This document shows, piece after piece, positions 29,616 through 39,300 of a stretch of DNA of 64,000 nt. Both the position numbers and the translations under genes were made by a program. The DNA is from a virus. Taxonomy: Duplodnaviria; Caudoviricetes. The notes beneath the pieces were generated by a model, which made no database searches, was not told where the DNA came from, and saw only the letters and a program-made list of their open reading frames with translations. The DNA lies in the IMG/VR virus record IMGVR_UViG_3300031993_000008, positions 160,001 through 224,000 of that record. One strand, 5' to 3'. The first letter of the stretch is position 1, and each line of letters opens with the position of its first letter.

Positions 29616-30177
29616 GTATGATATTCTTGAATGGTCAGACTATTTTGAGAAGGCCGGTGGAGTGGTAAATCCCAAGACAGACTTCCTGGAGAGTAACAGT
29701 ATTGTTCTCTATCCGGGAAGATTCTATGTACTTGAGTATATGGCAAAGACAAAGGAGAGGTTCAATTCCAGACCGGTCATTATCAGTATGGGTGTCAGTA
29801 AGAAAGAACCGGATTCATTCCTTTGTGTTGACCTCTGTGTGATGCCGGTCCAGGTCCGCAGAAGATTCCTTGAGATGTATTTCAACATTTACAAGAGGGA
29901 GATAATGGACAACATTGACAAATACTACCTGGTGGAAGATGCAGACAAACAGTCCTGGATGAAGAGTTTCAATTATGAGAATTTATGTAAGTCAATGCCA
30001 ATGCTTCCCATCAAGAATGCCATCAAGAGATACAAGATAGAGAACACATATAGGATTTATTCACTTCCTTTCAGTGGTGTCTATAAGGTTATTGGCAAGT
30101 TCTGTGATGAAAATTATTATGTAAATGGACACATAAAAGAAGTTCAGAAGGAATTTATTGACAAAATGAGGAAGTAA
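29608..30177 (+). CDS. T4 gp2-like DNA end protector protein
   Basis: PGRFYVLEY.AKTK..FNSRPVII...LCVDLCVMP..VRRRFLE...AIKRY pattern. Confidence 0.6.
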   Translation: MNKYDILEWSDYFEKAGGVVNPKTDFLESNSIVLYPGRFYVLEYMAKTKERFNSRPVIISMGVSKKEPDSFLCVDLCVMPVQVRRRFLEMYFNIYKREIMDNIDKYYLVEDADKQSWMKSFNYENLCKSMPMLPIKNAIKRYKIENTYRIYSLPFSGVYKVIGKFCDENYYVNGHIKEVQKEFIDKMRK

Positions 30178-30190
30178 TTTGTTATATTTA
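30178..30190 (+). promoter_or_regulatory. TTTGTTATATTTA putative early/middle promoter
   Basis: Upstream of 30195. Confidence 0.7.
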
Positions 30191-30194
30191 CAAT

Positions 30195-30488
30195 ATGACA
30201 TTCGAAGAATTAAAACAAGAGTTTATTGACAAGGGTTTCCAGGTTGATGGAGACTCTTTTGTTCATGAGTTTGAGGATCCCAACACAACCATCAATGGTG
30301 TCCATCCCAAACAGAGATTTGAGATGACCTATATCTATGAGGGTTGGATGAAAGATTCCGGTGATTCTGATTCAGATTCTGATGATGGTGAACCATTGTA
30401 TGAGTTTGCTGTATTGGGTCAGAACAAAGAACCTGCATTTATGATATGTATAGGTAGTTTTGAAGACTTCACAGAACTTGTAAGATGA
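30195..30488 (+). CDS. Hypothetical acidic protein with a DSDSDSD tract
   Basis: 97 aa ORF directly after a TTTGTTATATTTA motif. Confidence 0.7.
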   Translation: MTFEELKQEFIDKGFQVDGDSFVHEFEDPNTTINGVHPKQRFEMTYIYEGWMKDSGDSDSDSDDGEPLYEFAVLGQNKEPAFMICIGSFEDFTELVR

Positions 30489-30706
30489 AAAGGATATTCA
30501 GGTTCATAAAAGCATTGTGGAGATACATATTGTATGGTAACAGGGTTTCCTTTATGTTGTATGTATCAAGACTGGATGAATGTTGCAAGTGTAAGGACTT
30601 TGGAACAGATGACAACCCTGACAAATGGGTTTGTGGAAAGTGTGGTTGTTATGTGACAAAGAAAGCAAAGATGTCAACAGAGAGATGTCCAAAAGGCAGA
30701 TGGTGA
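30485..30706 (+). CDS. Small Cys-rich (DUF6171-like) protein
   Basis: RLDECCKC...CGKCGCYV..KAK...ERCP.GRW. ATGA overlap with the upstream gene. Confidence 0.65.
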   Translation: MKRIFRFIKALWRYILYGNRVSFMLYVSRLDECCKCKDFGTDDNPDKWVCGKCGCYVTKKAKMSTERCPKGRW

Positions 30707-30727
30707 TGAGCATTCATCACCATTTTT
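30700..30727 (+). terminator. Intrinsic terminator
   Basis: ATGGTGATGA-GCAT-TCATCACCAT followed by TTTT. Confidence 0.75.
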
Positions 30728-30735
30728 CATAAATA
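30728..30735 (+). promoter_or_regulatory. CATAAATA putative late promoter
   Basis: After a hairpin, upstream of 30756. Confidence 0.7.
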
Positions 30736-30755
30736 CCTTATAATAGTATGTACTT

Positions 30756-32861
30756 ATGAATAATATAAAGAGTTTTGATGAGTTTACAGGTCATGAACTT
30801 GAACAAATGGTTTATGAGCAGGAACTTAATGAAGGAAGTATAATGGGTAAAGGCATCAGGGGTTTCTTCAATAAGAGAGCTGCCGGTAAGGTAAGGGCAG
30901 AACTTGCTGAAGAGATTGATATGAGTAAGTCCATTATGGATGGTATCAAGCAGGGTCTTGAGGAACTGAACAAAAACTTTGATGTAATAAGAGACAAGAT
31001 TGATAAATCTGATGATAAAGTTAAGGGTGAAAAACAGAAGACTCTTGATGCCATTATGAAGATTCTTGAGGATTCTAGAAAGAACACCTGGGACTTGAAT
31101 GAACTTATTGATGAGGGTGAGATTGATTATACAGGTTTCACTGCCAATGTTGGTATTGCAACAGTAGCATATTTTGGTATTCTTCTCACTCCATTCAGGG
31201 CTGCTGTTATGGTTCATAAGGGATATAACTATTTCTTCAACATTGTTAAGAACACAATCAGAAAATCTCTTGTAATGTTACAGTTGAACTTTGACCAGTT
31301 TGAAAACCTTATTATTACACAGGGATTCAAGAGTGCCGGATATATCCAGGCTGATGATTCTGCCCAGAAGATTTCAGAATTTTATGGAAGTATCAATGCA
31401 CAACTTTTTGGTGAGAAAGGTTCATTGAAAGGTAAGAGAGGAAGTAGAGAACTGGAGATGAAACTTAAGTCTGCAAAACAGCAGTTTGATCAGCAGATGA
31501 AAGCAGATAAACAGTTCCAGCAGGCTGATAATGCATATAATTGTCTTGATATGTACAATAATACTTACACAAAGTCATTGGAGGCATTGAGACAGTATTC
31601 TGGTGATGATGTTCAGAAACATCTTGATGCAATCAAGACATCAATGACCAAACTTGCTGGTCAAGAGGTTGATTTACAAACATATGCGGAATTACTTATC
31701 GCAACCGCAGAGGAACATGCATATAAGGTATCTTCTTCAATTTATAATAAATTTGCAAAGATGACTGAAGTATTCAGTCTTCCTAATCAACAGAAACTTC
31801 TTGACTTGATTCTTGAAGCAAACAAGGAGAATGAAAGTGCAGCAAAGAAACTGAAGAAAGAAAAGAGGGAAGAAAAGAAACTCAAGGAAGCAATTGAAGA
31901 AAACAATAAGAAAGAATCAGAAGGTCTTGATGTATTCAAATCAATTGATGGGGTTGAGATTGGTGAGATAGATGATGAGACAAAGAAATATGACAAGTCA
32001 AAAATATCAAATGCCAAAGACTGGACATATGAGAAATATTCTGAACTTGATGATGACAAGAAAGAGATGCTTGGTACCTGGCTGATGATGCATCCGGAAG
32101 TCCTCAAAGAATGTGATGAGACTCTCCAGGTTGCAATAAACATACCTTTCAATGACACATCTTATATTGATTCACTCATTGATTATGTTGGACCATATAT
32201 CAAAGAGAAAGAAATCAAGAAAGTGAGAGAATCATACTTTATGAACTTTGACCAGTTTGTTTTTGAAAGCGAAGGTTCAAAGGAAGAATATGAAATGTCA
32301 GAAGATGACAAGAAGAAGTTTGATGATGAGTTTGATAAATTAGAACCAGACGATATGAATAAGGATGATTTACTCAAACTGATGTTTGGTGATGAGTATG
32401 ATGATCCCGATGACATTAAAAAAGATTCTGAAAGTAGGGTTAAATTGGATTATTTGATTGGAAAGTGTGAGAAAGTTGCAGAATTTCCTGATTCAATATT
32501 GAATGATTTGAAAAATATCAGAAAGGGTCTTGATTCCGAAGGAACAAAAAATTCAAAGTATTACATTACATTTGGAGATCTCAATGACAATCAGATTGAT
32601 GACCTCAAAGAATTGTATGAAAATGAGGAAGTTTCAATAGTAGCACTTAAAGTTATCGGTGAAAAGGTTCTCAATGATAAGACATTCAAGAAAAACAGTA
32701 AACTTATTGTAGAAACAATCAACAAGTGTATTGAGTCAAAGAGAGAGAAGATTTCACTTATGACATATAATCTTCTTAAAAAGAGTATTGAGAAGTTGGA
32801 TGATTTGAGAAATCATGATTACATATCAGTAGAAAATGAAAAAGAAAAGAGTGAGGATTAA
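30756..32861 (+). CDS. Putative internal head/ejected coiled-coil protein
   Basis: 701 aa. N-terminal IKSFDEF...ELNE and internal FMNFDQFVFES motifs, one hydrophobic stretch, CATAAATA upstream. Confidence 0.5.
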   Translation: MNNIKSFDEFTGHELEQMVYEQELNEGSIMGKGIRGFFNKRAAGKVRAELAEEIDMSKSIMDGIKQGLEELNKNFDVIRDKIDKSDDKVKGEKQKTLDAIMKILEDSRKNTWDLNELIDEGEIDYTGFTANVGIATVAYFGILLTPFRAAVMVHKGYNYFFNIVKNTIRKSLVMLQLNFDQFENLIITQGFKSAGYIQADDSAQKISEFYGSINAQLFGEKGSLKGKRGSRELEMKLKSAKQQFDQQMKADKQFQQADNAYNCLDMYNNTYTKSLEALRQYSGDDVQKHLDAIKTSMTKLAGQEVDLQTYAELLIATAEEHAYKVSSSIYNKFAKMTEVFSLPNQQKLLDLILEANKENESAAKKLKKEKREEKKLKEAIEENNKKESEGLDVFKSIDGVEIGEIDDETKKYDKSKISNAKDWTYEKYSELDDDKKEMLGTWLMMHPEVLKECDETLQVAINIPFNDTSYIDSLIDYVGPYIKEKEIKKVRESYFMNFDQFVFESEGSKEEYEMSEDDKKKFDDEFDKLEPDDMNKDDLLKLMFGDEYDDPDDIKKDSESRVKLDYLIGKCEKVAEFPDSILNDLKNIRKGLDSEGTKNSKYYITFGDLNDNQIDDLKELYENEEVSIVALKVIGEKVLNDKTFKKNSKLIVETINKCIESKREKISLMTYNLLKKSIEKLDDLRNHDYISVENEKEKSED

Positions 32862-32876
32862 ACCTCACTCTTTTTT
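32847..32876. terminator. Bidirectional terminator
   Basis: AAGAGTGAGG-ATTAAA-CCTCACTCTT. Confidence 0.8.
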
Positions 32877-33603
32877 ATTCAATATCAAACATGTCTTTCA
32901 GTTTCTGTACAAATTCAGGTTTCCTCATACTTGAATTGTAATAACCTACCCATCTCTTGTCGCCCCAGTATGTTTCTCCGGATGTACAATGATACTCATC
33001 AAAATTGGGAACACCCTTTTCATTTATGAAGTTGTAATACAGATCATAGATGGTGATACCTGTCTCTGTCTTGTATGGGAACTTGTTACACATCCTGATG
33101 AACTTGTACTTATTCATTGGACTTGGGATATGTGGATTGAAGAATCTGCATCCTATTCCTTCCCTGGGAAATCTGTTGAAACACTTCACAAGTCTCTTAT
33201 ACCATATCCTGTTCTTTGCCATACTGAGAAACCAGGGAAGTGTTGATTCATTGTAGATCTTCATATACCTTGGTGTTGTGTCTGACCATTCTGTATCCTT
33301 GGTTATGAACTGGTCATCACTCCACATAATGAAATCATCACTCAAATCTGGAACCTTCTCAATTGCTGCCCTCACCTTCTCAATGATGTTTGCATCTTTG
33401 TCGTGTTTATATATATCATCCTGATACACCCACACAATATCATCACCCAGTTCTTTTATAGGTTCAATTTGGGTGACAATAATAATCCTCTTTAAACACT
33501 TGAAATACTTCTTGATACTTGCAACTGCAACCTTGATTTCAAAGTTGTCATCATTGTAACTTTTAACTCCAAGAGGTATTACAACATCATGCTTTTCCTC
33601 CAT
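32875..33603 (-). CDS. Stealth-family-like (sugar-1-phosphate transferase) protein
   Basis: DVVIPL...NFEIKVAVASIKKY...RIIIV and LSDDFIMWSDDQFI (CR1/CR2-like). Confidence 0.65.
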   Translation of the reverse strand: MEEKHDVVIPLGVKSYNDDNFEIKVAVASIKKYFKCLKRIIIVTQIEPIKELGDDIVWVYQDDIYKHDKDANIIEKVRAAIEKVPDLSDDFIMWSDDQFITKDTEWSDTTPRYMKIYNESTLPWFLSMAKNRIWYKRLVKCFNRFPREGIGCRFFNPHIPSPMNKYKFIRMCNKFPYKTETGITIYDLYYNFINEKGVPNFDEYHCTSGETYWGDKRWVGYYNSSMRKPEFVQKLKDMFDIE

Positions 33604-33620
33604 AAAATATCTATATTAAA

Positions 33621-33645
33621 CATAAATAATGTATACATATTTATG
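33621..33645. promoter_or_regulatory. Face-to-face pair of CATAAATA motifs (+ 33621-33628, - 33638-33645)
   Basis: Between the divergent Stealth-like and amidase genes. Confidence 0.7.
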
Positions 33646-33663
33646 AATAATATTGGTTAGAGC

Positions 33664-34548
33664 ATGCCCAGTATAACAATTCTCAATCATACACAGAATA
33701 TGACTCCGAGAAAATCCGGGGAAATAAAATACATCATTCTGCACTATACAGCATCAACAACTTCAGGTTCCGGTGCTGCAAGGAACTGTGTGACCACATT
33801 GGATTCAAGGGGTTATTCAACAGACTTTGTTGTTGATGATTTTGAAATACTCCAGTTTGCCGATGACCCAAAGAGATGGGCAAGCAAGGCCTGCCAACCC
33901 TGGAACAGCAGTGGAACAGTGGCAGGAAAAAATGCTAATAATAACAATTCGGTTTCCATTGAAATGTCATCAACACTTGTTGGTGGAAAAAAATCAGACT
34001 GGGAGGCCAACAACCCAAACTTCAAGTTCACAAATGAGGTTCTTGAAAATACTGCATATCTTTGCAGGATGTTGATTTCCAAATACAACATACCCCAGTC
34101 AAACATCATCAGACACTTTGATATAATGGGTAAGAGTTGTCCTGGTATTATAGGATGGAATACTGGTGAAGGATCCAACAATGATATTCTGTTCCATTCT
34201 TTTGTTGAATCCCTTTATAAGAATCTTGACCCGGCATTAGCACAGGCTGATTATAAATATGATAATTACAAGCCCTTGAAACCCCAGGGTGTTTCATATG
34301 TCAATGATAATGGTGAGACTGTTAATATACCCAATGTTCCAAACAAGGTGTCAATGCTTGCTTCTGCAAAAAAGGCAAATGATAATGTCCTGAAACAGGA
34401 TGATTCAAGGAAAGCAGAATTTGAATCATTGAGAAATACTATGGCAACAAACTCTCCACAGATGGGAAGGGAGATACTCATCACTTCAGAACTGTATGAT
34501 TCAAACATATTGAAGGGAAAACCAGAAACAAAAAAAGAGAGGTTGTAA
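33664..34548 (+). CDS. N-acetylmuramoyl-L-alanine amidase (Amidase_2) with a C-terminal extension
   Basis: YIILHYTA, SVSIEM and IIRHFDIMGKSCPG zinc-amidase motifs. Confidence 0.85.
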   Translation: MPSITILNHTQNMTPRKSGEIKYIILHYTASTTSGSGAARNCVTTLDSRGYSTDFVVDDFEILQFADDPKRWASKACQPWNSSGTVAGKNANNNNSVSIEMSSTLVGGKKSDWEANNPNFKFTNEVLENTAYLCRMLISKYNIPQSNIIRHFDIMGKSCPGIIGWNTGEGSNNDILFHSFVESLYKNLDPALAQADYKYDNYKPLKPQGVSYVNDNGETVNIPNVPNKVSMLASAKKANDNVLKQDDSRKAEFESLRNTMATNSPQMGREILITSELYDSNILKGKPETKKERL

Positions 34549-34563
34549 CCTCTCTTTTCTTTT
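34534..34563. terminator. Bidirectional terminator
   Basis: AAAGAGAGGTT-GT-AACCTCTCTTT. Confidence 0.8.
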
Positions 34564-35017
34564 ATACCAACTGTTGTGAAAGTATTTCCAGTTTGTTTCT
34601 CACTGCAAATCCGAAATTGTCCAGGGTCTTGACACATTCCTCAAAATAAGTAATCTGTGTTCTTATCATATTGACCTGCTGTTTCAAGGCAACACAATCT
34701 GCACTTACAAATGAGTTTTTTTCAGCTGAACTGAGTTTGATGTCATAACTCAAACAGTAATCTCTGAATCTCGATGTCATCTGGGTTTCCAATTTTCCCT
34801 GTCTCTTGTCAAGGAGGATTCTGTAGTCTGCCAGTTTTTCCTGAACCTGCTGACGGTATGACAACTGGAATACCTGAGCTTCTGAAAGTTTCCTGTTATC
34901 CTTCATCATATCTATGAGTTCAATAACCTTGGTCTTCCAGTTATCTCTTTCCTTTTTCAAATCATCTTCCAGTTTTGTATTCTGTTCAACTGTCTTCTTA
35001 TCATCCAATGGTTTCAT
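34562..35017 (-). CDS. uvsY: UvsY-like recombination mediator
   Basis: 151 aa helical protein. C-terminal FVSAD...LKQQV...QITYFEECVKTLDNFGFAVRNKLE follows the UvsY pattern. uvsW is present nearby. Confidence 0.55.
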   Translation of the reverse strand: MKPLDDKKTVEQNTKLEDDLKKERDNWKTKVIELIDMMKDNRKLSEAQVFQLSYRQQVQEKLADYRILLDKRQGKLETQMTSRFRDYCLSYDIKLSSAEKNSFVSADCVALKQQVNMIRTQITYFEECVKTLDNFGFAVRNKLEILSQQLV

Positions 35018-35160
35018 AATAACCTTCTAAATAATTGCTTTAATGTAGTTCTTGACACGGTAGTGTCCATACCTTCCCACCAATTTTCAAATCCTTTCTT
35101 TGGATGACAATCCCTCTTGTGTGGAAAATGGACAGTCTTTATTCTACCATATGGTTTCAT
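35014..35160 (-). CDS. Small hypothetical protein (48 aa, not in the ORF track)
   Basis: MKPYGRIKTVHFPHKRDCHPKKGFENWWEGMDTTVSRTTLKQLFRRLL. ATGA overlaps at both ends. Confidence 0.7.
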   Translation of the reverse strand: MKPYGRIKTVHFPHKRDCHPKKGFENWWEGMDTTVSRTTLKQLFRRLL

Positions 35161-35306
35161 AATGTAATCTTCTTATTTTTCAATTCTTTCAGTTCATCTT
35201 CCAGATTCTCATCCAGTTCAAACTTTGAAATCAGTTTCAGTTTCTTGTTTCTCAGTTTCAAGTCCTGTTGAAACTCTTCAAATTCTTTATTTATCTCGTC
35301 TCCCAT
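35157..35306 (-). CDS. Small coiled-coil protein (49 aa, not in the ORF track)
   Basis: MGDEINKEFEEFQQDLKLRNKKLKLISKFELDENLEDELKELKNKKITL. Starts just after a promoter motif, ATGA overlap downstream. Confidence 0.7.
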   Translation of the reverse strand: MGDEINKEFEEFQQDLKLRNKKLKLISKFELDENLEDELKELKNKKITL

Positions 35307-35311
35307 ATAAC

Positions 35312-35324
35312 TAAATATAACAAA
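35312..35324 (-). promoter_or_regulatory. TTTGTTATATTTA putative early/middle promoter
   Basis: Upstream of the uvsY-like operon. Confidence 0.7.
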
Positions 35325-35358
35325 AAGAGGCAGGAGTTGATGAGTCCTGCCATCTTTT
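35322..35358 (-). terminator. Intrinsic terminator after the endolysin
   Basis: GGCAGGA...TCCTGCC followed by a T-run. Confidence 0.7.
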
Positions 35359-35372
35359 AATGATATAATAAT

Positions 35373-36260
35373 TTAAAGAGTAAGAATCATATCAATGAGT
35401 TCAGGTTGTGGGAAGACATCAAACTTATCCTTCCTGATTGATCCATGACTCAACAATCCCTTGACCTTACCTTTGTAAGCATCAGGGTGCATCTCAAATG
35501 CCTTGAACTCTCCTTCCTTCTTTATCCATTCATAAAGACCTGAATGGAGGTCGATGTTGTCCCTGTTGGCAACATAGAGAAGAAGATCATGAAGTACATT
35601 CAACTGTTTGTCAGAATATCTGTGCCAGTCCTTGTATCCTCTGAATTTTTCTTTGAGAGTTACAATCTGTTCAGGCATCACAGCGGTGTTCACATATGTT
35701 CTGTTATTCTTGATGTAACCCATATTACAGAGTTCAATACCTACTGAATGGGTGTTCATATAAGATGAACCTGATGAACCTATGTGGTATCCCTGGTTTC
35801 CTGCCGGATATGACCTGATGAGTTTTCCATCATAGGTACTTCTACTGTCAGTTGTCCTCTGTCCACCTATCACAAACTCTGTTGCAACTTTACCAAGACT
35901 GTCCTTTGCCCAACTGTCAACAACCTGCTTGGGGTTATCCCAACCGGCAGTGTGGTGAAGGATGATGTAACTGTTCAGGTATTCACCATTCAGGTATTCC
36001 TTTTTGGGAAGATGATACTCCTCAATGTCAACAAATGTCGGAGGTGTTATGATTGGTGTCAGGTCTGTATCAAATTGAGGTATGAGTTTCTCAAAGGTCT
36101 TCTTTCCCACAATACCATCAGCCAAAAGACCATTTGCTTCCTGGAATTTTTTAACAGCTGCTTCTGTTCCCTTTCCGAAAATACCATCAGCTGTGATATC
36201 AAGAGCTTTTTGAATTTGCTTTACCTCTTCTCCTTTACTTCCTACTTTATATACAGACAT
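35373..36260 (-). CDS. Endolysin: peptidoglycan-binding domain + Amidase_2
   Basis: GSKGEEVKQIQKAL..ADGIFGKGTEAAVKKFQ..NGL.ADGIVG, then IILHHTAG, SVGIELCN and SHGSIRKDKFD. Confidence 0.9.
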   Translation of the reverse strand: MSVYKVGSKGEEVKQIQKALDITADGIFGKGTEAAVKKFQEANGLLADGIVGKKTFEKLIPQFDTDLTPIITPPTFVDIEEYHLPKKEYLNGEYLNSYIILHHTAGWDNPKQVVDSWAKDSLGKVATEFVIGGQRTTDSRSTYDGKLIRSYPAGNQGYHIGSSGSSYMNTHSVGIELCNMGYIKNNRTYVNTAVMPEQIVTLKEKFRGYKDWHRYSDKQLNVLHDLLLYVANRDNIDLHSGLYEWIKKEGEFKAFEMHPDAYKGKVKGLLSHGSIRKDKFDVFPQPELIDMILTL

Positions 36261-36284
36261 AATTTAACTATTTATTGTATAATT

Positions 36285-36310
36285 TATTTATGAGGAGATT
36301 ACCATAAATA
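36285..36310. promoter_or_regulatory. Back-to-back pair of CATAAATA motifs (- 36285-36292, + 36303-36310)
   Basis: Between the divergent endolysin and structural genes. Confidence 0.7.
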
Positions 36311-36346
36311 CATTATATATAGTGTTTAACAAAAAAATAGACATTT

Positions 36347-39300
36347 ATGAAAATTAAGAATTCCTTAAGCACATATCTTGAGCAGGCAATGGTTATGACC
36401 GGAAACAGTCTGGAGACCATTGATAAAATCAGTGATGCAGTTGTATCATCAGAAGACAGTGTTAAGCTGGTTTTGACAGATCCAAATGACCCAAAGAAAT
36501 CAGTGGAATATACCATTCCATCACTCCAGTATTTAAAATCAGAGATTGACAGACTTTCTGCCAGTTTCAACACTATGACCAACATTACAGATGGTGCTGG
36601 AAGTAAGGTGAGATTGTCCGATGGTTCATACAGGAAGATTATTGCAAGTAAGGTACCAAGTGAAGCACCAACCATTACAAGTGTGAAAGGTATCACCAAT
36701 TTCAATTTCAAGTCAAATTGGTTCTTTGAGGATATGCTCAATCCTCTATTGTATGTGACATGGGATATGTCAAGTCAAATCAGTCCTGACACTGAAAAGG
36801 TGATGATTCAAAGATGGATATTGAAGTGTGACACTCAAGCAAAGATTGATACTTTCAATAAAGATATTAAGGGAAGGAATGACATTAATTACAAAGAGTT
36901 CTTAACTTTCATTAAAGATAATCAAATTAAATATACACTTGATGATGAGATTAAGGATCTTCCACCAAGGTCAAGAAGATATTATGGAACATTTTCAGTA
37001 ATAAGGGTTGAGACTGAAAAGGATTCAAATGGAAATAATGTAAGAAGATATATTCTTGACAGTCTTGAATTTACAGATTCAAGAAGTGGTTTTGAGAATA
37101 CAAGAGTACTTACACCTGGTGATTTTGTTGAGGTCAATACAAATCCTGTAACTACCAGGTATGAAGTAATATATGTTGAAGCATCAGAGAATAAGATTGG
37201 TCTCAAATGTATTGAAGGAAGTGAACCAATAAAGATTGGTGCAGATGTATTGAAAATAAGTGCATCACAGGATACAATTGTTTCTGTTGATGTTCCTGTT
37301 GGTTATAATGAGAGACAGGTTATCTTTGTCAAATCTATTGACCCAGATTCTCATATGCCTTCAACCAGGTGGTCACCGGGTGTTGGATTCTATACCAATG
37401 AATTGACATATAAAGATAATAATGGTACAACACAGACTCTTCAGAAGTTCTATCAGAAGAATGTTGTTGACTTTGGTCAGGTTCTGCTTTCATATGCTAC
37501 TGATTATTATCCTTCAATCAGGGAAGGTATCAAACCAAATGCACCTGTCTTGAATTATGCAAATGGTGAAGGTGATTTTAAGATTGTTCAGATAAACACT
37601 CAACTTACAGAAACTGCTGATGATGAAACATTCAGAAGTGACATTTCTGATAAAGTCAGAATCCAGAGTGAACTTGATAATATGGCAGATGAGATTGCTA
37701 AAAAGAAAGAACTCATACAATCTTCACAGTATGCAAATACAGATGAACTGATGAAGGCTCAATCAGATTTGAGTACACTCATAAACAATCAGTCAATAAA
37801 GGTTGCAGAATATAATGCTGTTGTAAATAAGATTAAGGCCAGGGCAGAATCAGGTAATATTGTGACACCTAAATATCGTGTTCGTGGTTTCTGGAATATA
37901 CCTGATTCAAAAATAAGTCCTTCTTCAGGAGAACAGAAGATTATCAAATTCAAAATCAGATATAGATATTTGAGTGAATATGGTAATACAAACAAAGAGG
38001 AAGAGTTTACATATAAATCAGGAAATGTAAATGTTACAGGTAGGTTCTCTAACTGGAATGAAATTGAAACAAAAACAAGAAGGAGAGTAAAAAACGAAAA
38101 TACAGGTTATTGGGAATGGGAGAAAATAGATACAGCAGATCCAGATGAGGTAAATATCAATCAGTTGGATATTCCTATTAATCCTGATGAACAGGTTGAA
38201 ATTCAGGTGAAGTCTGTCAGTGAAGCAGGTTGGCCAGCCAATCCAATGGAGTCAGACTGGTCTGAACCTATTACTGTGGCATTTTCAGAGTTTGGTGAAC
38301 TCCAGGCAGATGATGTGACAGAACTTGTTGCACAGAATAGGGTGGATGCTGCTGTTGCCAATGTGACAAAGATGTTCAGTGAAAGTGCTGCACATATGAA
38401 CACCAGTTTCTACACCAATGATAAGTATTTTGCCCATACTGCTGAAAGTATAACATCTGGTTTCCTGTCACCTGAACAGACACCTATCACATTGTATGAT
38501 AAACTCCAGGAACTTCAGAACCAGATTACAGAGATTATTGAAAGAATCAACAGTGAGGTTGGAGACATTACAGTCAATCTTTATGATGATTCTGATGAAC
38601 ATAAGGTATATACACTTACAGAAGGTGGTACAACATATATCTATGCTGGTGATTATATGTCTGCTGTTAAAAATGTAACAGACCAGAATGGTGCAATTAT
38701 CACAAAGAAATACTATATTGATATTTCAACAGATACACAGAGTGGTTTGTTCCTTCTCAGTAAACTGACAGGTAACAGGTTGTCAATGTGTCCAAATACT
38801 ATTATAAGTGAAGGTGAGACTGTTGTAGATTCAGTAGAAGATGGTAATGATTATGCAATGTATGATAATGTCATTACACCAACTACTGCAAGTGGATTGT
38901 ATTATAAGGAACAGGGAAGATATGATTTGGTTCCAATTAATCTGACAAATTCAGATATGGTTGATTTACAGATTGCTTCTCCAAGTATGTATCAGTCTGC
39001 ACAGTGTAGGGGTCAGTTTATTTATTCACGTTTCAGAAATATAGGTGACACTTTTGATATGTATGCCAACTGTTTGGAAAATGCAGAATCTGGAACAACT
39101 ACTACAACATCAAATGAAGAAGAATCAACAGTTCCACCAACATTTAAGTATAATGCAAAATTTGTAGATGGAGAAAAAACATACAGTTATAGTTCTGCTG
39201 CAAGTATTACCCAAGAAAATATTTTGAAGGAATATAATTTATTAACAGGTTCTAATGTACCATTAAACACTACTATACCTGATGGTGTGTATAAAATTAT

